From the NCBI GenBank assembly GCA_017625675.1, contig JAGAKK010000052.1:50225-114224 (forward strand): a stretch of DNA of 64,000 nt. Reading direction: 5' to 3'. Positions 44,809-54,081 of this stretch are shown piece after piece. This DNA is from Clostridia bacterium. GTDB taxonomy: Bacteria > Bacillota > Clostridia > UBA1212. The notes under the pieces are model-generated. The model searched no databases. It saw only the letters and a program-made list of their open reading frames with translations, and was not told the origin of the DNA. Every line of letters begins with the position of its first letter. Positions within the stretch are counted from its first letter, which is position 1. The position numbers and the translations under genes are program-made.

Positions 44809-45717
44809 CTAAAAATTCTGCATAATTTTTTTATATTGAATAATAAATTTTTCTATTGCTCTTTCAGTTTTAAAATATCGTTTTCCTTTTCCGAGAGGTC
44901 TTATATCTTCTATTGTTGCATCGTCCTTGTCGCATTCATAAATTCCGTATTCATCATATATTTTAAACTTCAAAGCTTCAAACTTTGCATAATCTTCCGT
45001 TGTATAAATATCAGGGGATATCCATATCCGTTTAAGCTTTGGTATGTTTATCAGATCGTCAATATTATTGTCCTGTGCAGCAACACCCGAAAGAACTAAA
45101 CTATCGAGATCCGGCATTTCTTTCAGAAAAGAAAACGTTGGGATAACAGTTTTGCCCAGTTGAGAAATATGAATAGTTAAGCCTAAATGCCTTAAATTTT
45201 TTGCTTTTTTTATCGCTGTTAGCTCAGGGGCATTAGCGCCTAACTTAGTTTCTAAAACATCAAGAGCAGGGGTCTTTGACATATCCCAAAGAGTATCTTT
45301 TGCGCCAAGGCTAATGTATACGGTCTGGAGTTGTGTTAATTTTTCAAGTGCGTAATAATTTGTGGGGTTAGCACTGCTTATCCAAATCGTTTTGGTGTTG
45401 GCAGGTAAATTTTCAGCAACACAGTTCAGTTCCTCTGTACTCTTAACATTAATAACAAATATTTCTTTGTTTGAAAAATCATTAGTATAATGACCATTTC
45501 CAAAATAAAAACCTATATTATGCCTAAAATAAGGGCAGTCTTTACACTTATACAGGTATTCTGCATACTTGTCCCACACTGAATTTTTCAAAAAACCTTG
45601 ATTAAAAAATTCTTCTGCGCAACTAACAATTTTTTTATTTTCAGGAGAGCAATATAGTTCGTGAGCAAAAAAAGACAGCGACTCGTTAAATGCAATGTCA
45701 TAAAACTCGTTATTCAT
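44809..45717 (-). CDS. Hypothetical cytoplasmic protein with leucine-rich-repeat-like C-terminal half
   Basis: ORF 44809..45735; start placed at MNNEFYD (45717). LRR-like LRHLGLTIHISQLGKTVIPTFSFLKEMPDLDSLVLSG...IPKLKRIWIS. AT-rich. Confidence 0.5.
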   Translation of the reverse strand: MNNEFYDIAFNESLSFFAHELYCSPENKKIVSCAEEFFNQGFLKNSVWDKYAEYLYKCKDCPYFRHNIGFYFGNGHYTNDFSNKEIFVINVKSTEELNCVAENLPANTKTIWISSANPTNYYALEKLTQLQTVYISLGAKDTLWDMSKTPALDVLETKLGANAPELTAIKKAKNLRHLGLTIHISQLGKTVIPTFSFLKEMPDLDSLVLSGVAAQDNNIDDLINIPKLKRIWISPDIYTTEDYAKFEALKFKIYDEYGIYECDKDDATIEDIRPLGKGKRYFKTERAIEKFIIQYKKIMQNF

Positions 45718-45780
45718 TATGCACCTCGTAGGCAAAAATTTATTTATTAAATTATATTATAAATTATTTAAACCTTCAAT

Positions 45781-45807
45781 GAGCCACATCCTCTGACGCT
45801 GTGACCC
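45781..45807. repeat. REP-like repeat, copy 6 (degenerate)
   Basis: GAGCCACATCCTCTGACGCTGTGACCC. Confidence 0.6.
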
Positions 45808-45814
45808 ATTTAAT

Positions 45815-46294
45815 TTACCAAGTCTTTTCGTAGCATAAGTTATTCCAACGATATACGATTTTTGATGCAGGAATTTCGAGTTGACACTCATAATGAAAAG
45901 GCTCTTTTTCAAAAAGAAGCCAACCTTTTACCAATTGCTCATTGTTTCCTTTATATTGATATTGATATAAAAATTCAAGACTATAAGTATTGTTGTTTAT
46001 AAGACGGACTAATTCTTCAAGAGTCCATTCTTCACGAATAATCTTTCCAAAAATATTTTTCCGGAAAACATAGATATTGACGTCATCCTCTAAATAATAG
46101 TCAACTTGTGAACAATCTGTGCGCACCGTTTCGGAAGAATAGTTTGCGTGATGTAACGGAGTAACCCAAAAGCCTTTTTCAAAATAAAAGGAAAGGATTC
46201 CATTGTCATACCGAGTTCTGCCGGCACAGCAATCGTGTAACGATAAGACAGAATCATCTGTATCAATATGCGTATAGGTTTTCTGTTCCATCAC
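45815..46294 (-). CDS. Hypothetical protein
   Basis: 159-aa ORF abutting the stop of the upstream gene. I recognise no motif. Confidence 0.55.
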   Translation of the reverse strand: MMEQKTYTHIDTDDSVLSLHDCCAGRTRYDNGILSFYFEKGFWVTPLHHANYSSETVRTDCSQVDYYLEDDVNIYVFRKNIFGKIIREEWTLEELVRLINNNTYSLEFLYQYQYKGNNEQLVKGWLLFEKEPFHYECQLEIPASKIVYRWNNLCYEKTW

Positions 46295-46768
46295 TCATTT
46301 CGCCTTTCTATAAACTCTTTTACAACCCAGGTGATTTTCCATTAAATTACACAATCTAGTTTCATCTGTTTCTTCCTTTGGAATCGGCTTCTTTAAGATC
46401 CTTCGCACAACGCAAGAAAAGAAAAAACACACCTCAAGAAAGATTAATATGGGAAGGAATATTATAAAAATAAACGCTTCTTCAATCTTATTAATAATTC
46501 TCTTTATTCCTGTTTCATTTGTATACGGGTCTATATACTTAATGGTGCCGCAAAAGGTGATTTTGTCAGCAAACTCTGTTATGGTCGGAATAAACCAATA
46601 TCCGCCGGAATGACCGCCGCGAGCAACACCAAAACGAATTTCGTTCTCAGAAAGTTCAACTATATAGTCGTCAATATAGAATATCCGGCGTCTGTCATCA
46701 GGGCCTTTTATTTGCATCAAAAACATTTCTTTTGTCCCCGGAAATTCAAACGTATACTGCTTTGCCAC
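46295..46768 (-). CDS. Hypothetical membrane protein (one or two TM)
   Basis: 157-aa ORF with central hydrophobic segment FIFIIFLPILIFLEVCFFFSCVV. Confidence 0.55.
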   Translation of the reverse strand: MAKQYTFEFPGTKEMFLMQIKGPDDRRRIFYIDDYIVELSENEIRFGVARGGHSGGYWFIPTITEFADKITFCGTIKYIDPYTNETGIKRIINKIEEAFIFIIFLPILIFLEVCFFFSCVVRRILKKPIPKEETDETRLCNLMENHLGCKRVYRKAK

Positions 46769-46846
46769 AAAACCACCACCTTGTTAACACACGATAATTC
46801 ACAAAAACGTTAAGTGCATTATACCCTAAGCTCTTAAAATTTGCAA

Positions 46847-46883
46847 GGGAGGAGCCACAGCGTCAGACGCTGTGGCTCCTCCC
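46847..46883. repeat. REP-like repeat, copy 7 (stem extended to 16 bp)
   Basis: GGGAGGAGCCACAGCG-TCAGA-CGCTGTGGCTCCTCCC. Confidence 0.9.
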
Positions 46884-46961
46884 TTGATTTTCGTTATATA
46901 TATGCTATACTATAGACATAGAGGAACAAATAATTTATAAAGTGGAAAGGACGGATACGAT

Positions 46962-47867
46962 ATGAAAAAATTGTACTGTATTGGGCTTGCATTATTGCTT
47001 TGCTTAAGTATTTGCGGCTGTAATAAGGTTCCCCGTGTGTCGGACAATAACGCCGAAACAATTCGCCTTGAACATTCCGGTCAATTACAGGGCGATGTGG
47101 TAGAAGTTTTTGCAGACGGACTATCTATGAAAGTTTCCAGTTGTAACACCGATGAAGTTGAATATTCCGGAGATATCGTGTACGTTATTACCGATGAAAC
47201 GGACTGGTGTGTCGAAGATGAAATTGTCGTAGATTTTTACGAAGCTAAAATACCTCATGACGAAAGTAAACCAATGACCGTTGTTGCAAACTTGATTAAA
47301 GCGCCCTCGTATGTCGCTAAGCCCATAATCTACCTATACCCCGAAGCTCCGACAGAGTGTTCAGTCGAGGTCTCTCTTAACGGGCAGTTGACATGCACAT
47401 ACCCGGATCACGGCATTAACGGTTGGCAAAAATTTACGGCATATCCTGACGGCACATTGACATTTCCTGATGGCAAGGAATATTATGCTCTTTATTGGGA
47501 AGGCCTCCAAAATACACAATGGGACTTTTCCGAGGGTTGGTGTGTACGAGGAGAAGACACTGCAAAATTTCTTGAATGGGCTCTTGCTGAGCAAGGGTTA
47601 ACACAGCGCGAGGCCAACGAGTTTATCGTTTATTGGTTGCCACTTATGCAAGACAATCCATACAACGTTATTTCCTTCCAGACCACCGCCTACACGGATG
47701 GCGCAGTTTTGGAAATATCACCAACACCCGACAGCCTCCTTCGCGTATTTATGGCGTACTACCCCTCCGATAATGAAGTGGAGCTTGCGCCTCAATCTTT
47801 TGATAACTTTACAAGACAAGGATTTACAGCAGTAGAATGGGGCGGCTGCCAGACATCAAAACCTTAA
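46962..47867 (+). CDS. Lipoprotein of unknown function
   Basis: Signal peptide with lipobox LSICGC; 301 aa. Confidence 0.7.
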   Translation: MKKLYCIGLALLLCLSICGCNKVPRVSDNNAETIRLEHSGQLQGDVVEVFADGLSMKVSSCNTDEVEYSGDIVYVITDETDWCVEDEIVVDFYEAKIPHDESKPMTVVANLIKAPSYVAKPIIYLYPEAPTECSVEVSLNGQLTCTYPDHGINGWQKFTAYPDGTLTFPDGKEYYALYWEGLQNTQWDFSEGWCVRGEDTAKFLEWALAEQGLTQREANEFIVYWLPLMQDNPYNVISFQTTAYTDGAVLEISPTPDSLLRVFMAYYPSDNEVELAPQSFDNFTRQGFTAVEWGGCQTSKP

Positions 47868-47907
47868 GTTGCCTTTTTAAAGCAGATTGTTTGACTTCTG
47901 ATTGTCA

Positions 47908-47950
47908 ACAGTCCTTGAAACCCGTTGCGGTTTTCAAGGACTGTTTTATT
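47908..47950 (+). terminator. Rho-independent terminator
   Basis: ACAGTCCTTGAAA...TTTCAAGGACTGT followed by TTTATT. Confidence 0.8.
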
Positions 47951-47951
47951 A

Positions 47952-47984
47952 GGGAGGAGCCACGGCGTCAGACGCTGTGGCTCC
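47952..47984. repeat. REP-like repeat, copy 8
   Basis: GGGAGGAGCCACGGCGTCAGACGCTGTGGCTCC. Confidence 0.9.
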
Positions 47985-48031
47985 TTGCAAATTTTAAATA
48001 ATGCGATATAATTACCGCGGTGATATTGTTT

Positions 48032-49444
48032 ATGAGAAACCCGAAAATAAATTATTTTGAAAAAAATAAAATACAAATTACTATAGCAACGTTGGTTGCG
48101 ATAATGTGCGCAGCCTTGGTGTTGGTGGGCTGTCAGAATAAGGCTGACAAAGGTGTTGCCTCTTCCTCTCCGGAAGTGACCGAAAGCCATACGCTGTTGC
48201 CAACATTTGCGGCGATACATACACCCACAATTTTGCCGACGGAAACACCTTCTCCCATGCCTACAGAAGTGCTTACAGCAACACCTGTTATCACGGGAAC
48301 GCCTACTCTTGCGCCTACAAGCACCCCTACGCCGTCGGCTACGCCAAATCCTACACCCACAATAAAGCCGACAGCTACGCCCACACAGGCACCTACCCAA
48401 GAGCCTGTTACTGCGGAGCAAATATTGTCGACAATGACCCTTGAAGAAAAAATCTACCAAATGTTTATTGTATCTCCGGAGGACCTTAGCGTAGGGCAAG
48501 GAAGTATTACCGCCTATACGGACGCTGATATGGAGTTTTTGAAGGAGCACCCGGTGGGCGGTGTGATATATTTTGAGAACAATATCGTAAATCCTGAGCA
48601 GACGAAAAATATGCTGCAGACCATCAGGAAATATTCAGAAGATAACCTTGGGTTGCCTCTTTTTGCCTGTGTGGATGAAGAGGGCGGAAGAGTTGCAAGG
48701 ATCGCCAATAACAGTGCCTTTAATGTGGAAAAGTTTGACGGAATGGGTGCTGTGGCGACAGAAGAGGAAGCATATAACATAGGAAAGACCATTGGAGCAT
48801 ATCTGGCGGAGCTTGGCTTTGATTTTGACTTTGCGCCGGTTGCAGACGTGCTTTCAAGGGAAGGAAGCGCCGTTATCGGCGACCGTTCCTTCGGCACAGA
48901 CCCCCACAGGGTGTCTGCTTTTGCCGCGGCCGCGGCAAAAGGCCTTGAAAGCAACAATATTATGAGTACGTTCAAGCATTTCCCCGGACACGGCGCCACC
49001 ACCGCCGACAGCCACTCGGACTACGCCGTTACGGAGAAAACATACGAAGAATTAAAGCAAGGCGACCTTATCCCCTTTGCCAATGCCTCAGAAAACAACG
49101 TTTCCGCAATAATGGTTGCCCACATCTCCGTACCCAACGTTATCGGCGACAACACGCCTTGTTCCCTCTCCTACAAAATGGTCACTGAAATTTTAAAGGG
49201 CGAGCTTGGCTACCGGGGCCTTGTAATCACCGATGCACTTAACATGGGGGCAATTTCGAAAAACTATACCCCTGCGGAGGCGGCGATCAAAGCTGTAGAG
49301 GCAGGAAACGACGTTCTTTTGATGCCTTTGGACCCGGAAAACACTGCAGAGGGCCTCATTAACGCCGTAAAAAGCGGCCGCATAAGTGAGAGCAGAATTG
49401 ATGATGCAGTTTTAAAAATAATTGAAGCGAAATTAAATCATTAA
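48032..49444 (+). CDS. GH3 beta-N-acetylhexosaminidase (NagZ-like) lipoprotein with PT-rich linker
   Basis: Lipobox LVLVGCQ; DEEGGRV; KHFPGHG. Start is ATG 48032 or GTG 48020. Confidence 0.85.
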   Translation: MRNPKINYFEKNKIQITIATLVAIMCAALVLVGCQNKADKGVASSSPEVTESHTLLPTFAAIHTPTILPTETPSPMPTEVLTATPVITGTPTLAPTSTPTPSATPNPTPTIKPTATPTQAPTQEPVTAEQILSTMTLEEKIYQMFIVSPEDLSVGQGSITAYTDADMEFLKEHPVGGVIYFENNIVNPEQTKNMLQTIRKYSEDNLGLPLFACVDEEGGRVARIANNSAFNVEKFDGMGAVATEEEAYNIGKTIGAYLAELGFDFDFAPVADVLSREGSAVIGDRSFGTDPHRVSAFAAAAAKGLESNNIMSTFKHFPGHGATTADSHSDYAVTEKTYEELKQGDLIPFANASENNVSAIMVAHISVPNVIGDNTPCSLSYKMVTEILKGELGYRGLVITDALNMGAISKNYTPAEAAIKAVEAGNDVLLMPLDPENTAEGLINAVKSGRISESRIDDAVLKIIEAKLNH

Positions 49445-49526
49445 AAATATTTGTAAATTAATTACAAGTTGACCTTGACACTTCTACATTAATTGGATAT
49501 ACTTCCCAAATGCAAGAACAATATTA

Positions 49527-50780
49527 TTGACCTATGAGTCGGAGGTATGTGTTTTGATAACTGAAAAAAATAATGCAGGCTGTTGTGAGAAAAAACTCGG
49601 CTTGTCAAAGGATGCCCAAGGAAATTTATACCTTGGCGAAAAGCCTTTTAAGGGCTACGGCGTTAATTCCTTTTCCGCCGTTACGTATTACGTAGATGCC
49701 CACAGCACAAATACGTTTGAAGAGCAGTTTACTTTGCTGAAAAGCTACAATATTCCTTTTCTTCGCGTAAATTTCGGCGGATATTGGCCGGAGTATTACG
49801 AGCGCTTTGACAAGGACCCCGATGCAATTATTTCAAAAATGCGCGACGCCCTTGACAGTGCGCAAAGCCATAAAATCGGACTTATCTGTTCCCTTCTTTG
49901 GTATGACGGCGCAATTTCCTACCACGTAGGTGAAAAGCGTTCCGCAATGGGCGACCCCCACAGTAAAACTGCTGAGTACACAAGAAAGTACGTGGCAAGA
50001 ATCGTAAACGAATTTAAAGATCACCCTGCTGTCTGGGGCTGGGAAATCGGCAACGAATACAACCTTGACGCAGACCTTTGCGACAAATCTCTTAAAAGCT
50101 TCATACCACAAGGCCCTGCCACCCCTGCAGTGCCCTCAGGATTCGATTTTTACACCTCTGAGGAGCTTGTGACATACATGACCCTTGTGGGCGAAGAAAT
50201 CCGAAAATACGACCCTTACAGAATCATTTCTGCAGGTCACGGGGATATGAGAGATGCCTCAAAGGCTCTCCACAACGCAGCCATAAAGCACGACGAGGAC
50301 CATCTGTGGGAAAACGACTGGACACAGGACACCATTGACGACTTTTACGAAATGTGCGCCTACTTCACCCCCGACCCCTTTGATGCAATGTGCTTCCACA
50401 TCCAGCACTCCCAAAGAGATGACGAGGGCAATGCCTACTATCTTGACACCTGGAGACGTTTCGGAAAAGTTATTTCCACAAAGGAATATCTGGAAGCATT
50501 TGTCAATGCAGCAAAAAAAACAAACAAGGTTCTTTATTTTGGCGAATTTGGTGATCTGATATGGAAGGAAACTGCGCCTGATGCGCCGGAATATTTTGAC
50601 AATCTGGTAAACACCTGCCTTGACGCAGGCATTGGCTTTGCCTCTACATGGCAATTTATGACAAATAACAACATTGCCAACGACAATGGCATTGACGGCG
50701 AAAAGCTCCGCATACTCCAAAAAGTAAATCTGGACTTTATCGCAAAGGGCGACCAACCCATTGACGAATATTGGAATTAA
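49527..50780 (+). CDS. Clan GH-A (GH5-like) glycoside hydrolase, no signal peptide
   Basis: WGWEIGNEYNL (catalytic NE). There is no in-frame ATG near the 5' end, so the start (TTG 49527 or TTG about 49554 after GGAGG) is uncertain. Confidence 0.65.
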   Translation: MTYESEVCVLITEKNNAGCCEKKLGLSKDAQGNLYLGEKPFKGYGVNSFSAVTYYVDAHSTNTFEEQFTLLKSYNIPFLRVNFGGYWPEYYERFDKDPDAIISKMRDALDSAQSHKIGLICSLLWYDGAISYHVGEKRSAMGDPHSKTAEYTRKYVARIVNEFKDHPAVWGWEIGNEYNLDADLCDKSLKSFIPQGPATPAVPSGFDFYTSEELVTYMTLVGEEIRKYDPYRIISAGHGDMRDASKALHNAAIKHDEDHLWENDWTQDTIDDFYEMCAYFTPDPFDAMCFHIQHSQRDDEGNAYYLDTWRRFGKVISTKEYLEAFVNAAKKTNKVLYFGEFGDLIWKETAPDAPEYFDNLVNTCLDAGIGFASTWQFMTNNNIANDNGIDGEKLRILQKVNLDFIAKGDQPIDEYWN

Positions 50781-50808
50781 GAATTAATTAATAAGAACAA
50801 ACAAAAAC

Positions 50809-50843
50809 GCTCTTTACCATAAACCGGTAAAGAGCATTTTTTT
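50809..50843. terminator. Bidirectional terminator
   Basis: GCTCTTTACC...GGTAAAGAGC, with an A-run before and a T-run after. Confidence 0.8.
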
Positions 50844-50863
50844 ACTTAATCATCAAATATCAC

Positions 50864-51658
50864 TTAACTGAGCAAGGCTCTGTCGTTTGTGAATTCTGCG
50901 CCGCTTGCCTCAGTAAACTTTGCAAGGAGCGTTTCAACGGTGAGCTTCTGCTTCTCCTCGCCCTTTATGTCAAGGACAATCTTGCCAGCGTTCATCATTA
51001 TTATACGGTTTCCGTGGGCAATGGCATCACGCATATTATGGGTTACCATAAGGGCGGTAAGGCCGTTTTCCTTTATGAGCTTGTCGGTAATCTCAAGCAC
51101 CTTTGCCGCAGTCTTTGGGTCAAGAGCCGCTGTATGCTCGTCAAGAAGCAAGAGCTTAGGCTTTTTCATTGCCGCCATAAGAAGTGTTATCGCCTGACGC
51201 TGACCGCCTGAAAGCAAGCCCATTTTTGTGGTAAGTCTGTCCTCAAGGCCCAGATCAAGAATCTTTAATTGCTCACGATATCTCTCTCTGTCCTTTCCGG
51301 TAATGGCCCAGCGTACACCACGGCAATGGCCTCTGCTGTCTGCCACCGACATATTTTCTTCTACCCACATATCTGACGCAGTACCCATTCTGGGATCCTG
51401 AAAAACGCGTCCTATAAACTTTGCCCTTTTGTACTCAGGCAGCCTCGTTACGTCCACGCCGTCAATTATTACCTGGCCCTCATCCACGGGATATGCGCCG
51501 GCAACAATATTAAGCATAGTTGACTTTCCTGCGCCGTTGCCTCCGATAACGGTAACGAAATCACCGTCTTCCAGAACAAGAGAAAGTCCGTCGAACACCT
51601 TTTTCTCATTAACGGTGCCTTCATTGAAGGTCTTATGAATGTCTCTGATCTCAAGCAT
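50864..51658 (-). CDS. ABC transporter ATP-binding protein
   Basis: ORF 50864..51721; start placed at MLEIRDIHKTF (51658). Walker A GGNGAGKST, signature LSGGQRQ, Walker B LLLLDEHT. Confidence 0.9.
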   Translation of the reverse strand: MLEIRDIHKTFNEGTVNEKKVFDGLSLVLEDGDFVTVIGGNGAGKSTMLNIVAGAYPVDEGQVIIDGVDVTRLPEYKRAKFIGRVFQDPRMGTASDMWVEENMSVADSRGHCRGVRWAITGKDRERYREQLKILDLGLEDRLTTKMGLLSGGQRQAITLLMAAMKKPKLLLLDEHTAALDPKTAAKVLEITDKLIKENGLTALMVTHNMRDAIAHGNRIIMMNAGKIVLDIKGEEKQKLTVETLLAKFTEASGAEFTNDRALLS

Positions 51659-52583
51659 TCTGCGCCCCTCCCTTCTTCTTTTTTCCTTTAACCAGGTAGG
51701 TTTTAAGATGAGGAATTCCAAGGAAAAGCGCTACCACAATAGCCGAAAGCATTTTGAGAAGCTCTGTGGGAAGTCCTATGAATACAACGGTCTGGAATAC
51801 CAGCCAATAAATAATTGCGCCGCAAACTACAAACAACAATCTCAATGCAAAATTTGTGGTCTTTCGCTGGAACAATGCTTCACCGATAATAACCGCGGCA
51901 AGTCCAATTACGATTGCACCTCTTCCGAAGTTGATATCAGATGCTCCCTGCTGCTGCGCCAGAAGCGCGCCGGACAAGGCAACTACGCCGTTTGACAACG
52001 CAAGGCCAAGCACCTTTGTAAAGTTTGTGTTAATGCCCTGGGCACGGCTCATCTCAAGGTTGCAGCCGGTACTTCTGAGAGACATTCCAAGCTCTGTACC
52101 GAAGAACCAATACAATATCAAAATAACCACAGCGCAAAAACCGATTAAAATGATCAAGGACTTAACGCGCTCACTTTCTCCCGAGGAGATAAGCACCTTG
52201 TCAGCATACTTGAATCTGCTGAGGGCAACGTTTGCTTTGCCGTCCATTATCAGAAGGTTTACGGACCAGAGCATAAGCTGGGTCAATATTCCCGCCAGAA
52301 TCGCAGGTATTCCAAGAAGCGTATGTAAAAGCCCCGTTACAAGCCCTGCCAGCATTCCCGCCGCCATCGCGCAAAGAATCGCAAACCACACGTTAACGCC
52401 ATTGGTTATAAGCACAGCGCAAACCGCCATACCGGTACAAATAGAACCGTCTACTGTGAGATCGGCAACGTCAAGGATTTTAAACGTAATGTAAACCCCT
52501 ATTGCCATAAGGCCCCAGGCAAGTCCCTGCGCAACAGCACCGGGAATCGTACCGAGCCAATTCATGATAATTTCCATAATCAA
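51651..52583 (-). CDS. ABC transporter permease
   Basis: 310 aa with about 9 TM segments. 8-nt overlap with the ATPase gene. Confidence 0.85.
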   Translation of the reverse strand: MIMEIIMNWLGTIPGAVAQGLAWGLMAIGVYITFKILDVADLTVDGSICTGMAVCAVLITNGVNVWFAILCAMAAGMLAGLVTGLLHTLLGIPAILAGILTQLMLWSVNLLIMDGKANVALSRFKYADKVLISSGESERVKSLIILIGFCAVVILILYWFFGTELGMSLRSTGCNLEMSRAQGINTNFTKVLGLALSNGVVALSGALLAQQQGASDINFGRGAIVIGLAAVIIGEALFQRKTTNFALRLLFVVCGAIIYWLVFQTVVFIGLPTELLKMLSAIVVALFLGIPHLKTYLVKGKKKKGGAQNA

Positions 52584-52604
52584 ATTTTCCCTTTTAGTTT
52601 TTTA

Positions 52605-53594
52605 TTACTCAGCAGCAATCGCTGTATAGCCCTTAGCTTCAAGAGCCTCTGTGTCAACGCCGAGCTCGTTGCATCTGTCTGCGTTGTATTTCTTAGTAAA
52701 CGTAGCAGCATACTCGATCTTCATCTCGGAAACCTTAGCCTCACCCTTGAGGATCTTCGCAGCCATCTTTCCTGTCGCCACGCCAAGGTCGTAGTAGCTG
52801 ATAGAAAGTGTTGCCACACCGCAACCCTTACAGATGCCTTCCTCGCCTGCAATAACGGGAGTGTCACCAATTACACCGCTGATTGTCTCAGTGCAGCTTG
52901 CCGCAGTGTTATCAGTAGGAATGTAGATAACGTCAGCAAAGGTTGCTGCAGCAGATGCAACAGAAACAACATCGTTGGAGTCTGTAAAGGAGTAATCCTT
53001 GATGTTTTCGTTGCTAAGACCTTTTTCTACAAGATATTTTCTTACTTCTTTAACCTGATATGCGGAGTTAGGCTCAGAGCTACAGAAAAGAAGCGCAACC
53101 TTCTCAGCCTCGGGATAAAGGTCTACAAGCATTTCAGCCTGCTTGTCAAGGGGCGCCAGGTCACTTGTTCCGGATACGTTGCCGCCTACAAGGCCGTCAA
53201 AATCGTCAATACCCAAAGCAACGCCGTACTCGGTAATGGATGTTCCCAATACAGGGATCGTCTCAGTTCCGTTTACAGCCGCCTGAAGCGCAGGGGTCGC
53301 ATTGGCCATAATAAGGTCAACCTTCTTGTTTACAAAGTTATTTACAATCGTTGTACATGTTTCAGGGCTGTTACTTGCATTTTCGTTAAGAACCTCTACG
53401 TTCTCTTCGCCAAGCTCTGTTTTCAGAGTGTCAATAAATCCCTGTGTGGCCGCGTCAAGAGCAGGATGCTGAACCAACTGGCAAACACCTACAGTATATT
53501 TTCCGTCATCTTTGCTTCCGCCTTCGCAGCCTGTCAAAGCAAACATTGTTACGCACATTACCATTGCAAGGACGATGCTTACTATTTTTTTCAT
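52605..53594 (-). CDS. ABC transporter substrate-binding lipoprotein (ABC_sub_bind / TrpX-like family)
   Basis: Lipobox LTGCEG; YTVGVCQLVQHPALDAATQGF is typical of this family. Substrate unknown. Confidence 0.75.
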   Translation of the reverse strand: MKKIVSIVLAMVMCVTMFALTGCEGGSKDDGKYTVGVCQLVQHPALDAATQGFIDTLKTELGEENVEVLNENASNSPETCTTIVNNFVNKKVDLIMANATPALQAAVNGTETIPVLGTSITEYGVALGIDDFDGLVGGNVSGTSDLAPLDKQAEMLVDLYPEAEKVALLFCSSEPNSAYQVKEVRKYLVEKGLSNENIKDYSFTDSNDVVSVASAAATFADVIYIPTDNTAASCTETISGVIGDTPVIAGEEGICKGCGVATLSISYYDLGVATGKMAAKILKGEAKVSEMKIEYAATFTKKYNADRCNELGVDTEALEAKGYTAIAAE

Positions 53595-53673
53595 AATAAA
53601 ACTCCTTTAATAAAAATATAAACACAAAATAGTCATATTATCGGGCACAATCGCTTTACCACGATAATATGGT

Positions 53674-53702
53674 ATTGTATTACTCCCGTCCCTCAATGTC
53701 AA
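53674..53702 (-). promoter_or_regulatory. Sigma-A-like promoter for the ABC operon
   Basis: Minus strand: TTGACA, 17 nt, TACAAT. The palindrome CATATTATCG-N18-CGATAATATG (53634..53671) overlaps the predicted +1. Confidence 0.55.
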
Positions 53703-53719
53703 TATTTTTTGCACAAAAA

Positions 53720-53748
53720 AAACGACAGACCGGATTAGTCTGTCGTTT
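53720..53748 (-). terminator. Rho-independent terminator after the tRNA pair
   Basis: Minus strand: AACGACAGAC-TAATCCG-GTCTGTCGTT followed by TTTTTTT. Confidence 0.85.
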
Positions 53749-53749
53749 C

Positions 53750-53824
53750 TGGTGACCCCTACGAGAATCGAACTCGTGTCGCCGCCGTGAAAGGGCGATG
53801 TCTTAACCTCTTGACCAAGGGGCC
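53750..53824 (-). tRNA. tRNA-Glu (UUC)
   Basis: The reverse complement GGCCCCTTGGTCAAGAGGTTAAGACATCGCCCTTTCACGGCGGCGACACGAGTTCGATTCTCGTAGGGGTCACCA folds as a cloverleaf with anticodon loop CTTTCAC. CCA is encoded. Confidence 0.95.
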
Positions 53825-53828
53825 GTAA

Positions 53829-53905
53829 TGGTGGCTGCGATTGGAGTCGAACCCATGACCTTCCGGGTATGAACCGGACGCTCTAACCAACTAAGCTACG
53901 CAGCC
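53829..53905 (-). tRNA. tRNA-Met (CAU), elongator type
   Basis: Reverse complement GGCTGCGTAGCTTAGTTGGTTAGAGCGTCCGGTTCATACCCGGAAGGTCATGGGTTCGACTCCAATCGCAGCCACCA. Anticodon loop TTCATAC; no initiator features. Confidence 0.9.
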
Positions 53906-53935
53906 AAAACCATGCGTTTCACTGAACGCTGGACT

Positions 53936-53965
53936 ATCTTACCACAATATTAACAGTTATGTCAA
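53936..53965 (-). promoter_or_regulatory. Sigma-A-like promoter for tRNA-Met/tRNA-Glu
   Basis: Minus strand: TTGACA, 18 nt, TGG-TAAGAT. Confidence 0.55.
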
Positions 53966-54081
53966 TACCAAAAACAAAAATTTTTAAATTTTTTCCCTTT
54001 TCAAGGCCCTTTAAAACACCCATATACTCCAATATGAATACCATAATAATACCAACGAATTAATACAGGGAGAGTTTTCCC

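Noticed and set aside
47864-48550. 228-aa minus-strand ORF, extremely Arg/Cys-rich
   Set aside because: It lies antisense to the PT-rich linker and N-terminus of the GH3 gene and to the REP/terminator region. Its composition is the mirror image of a Pro/Thr-coding strand. It has no RBS or motifs.
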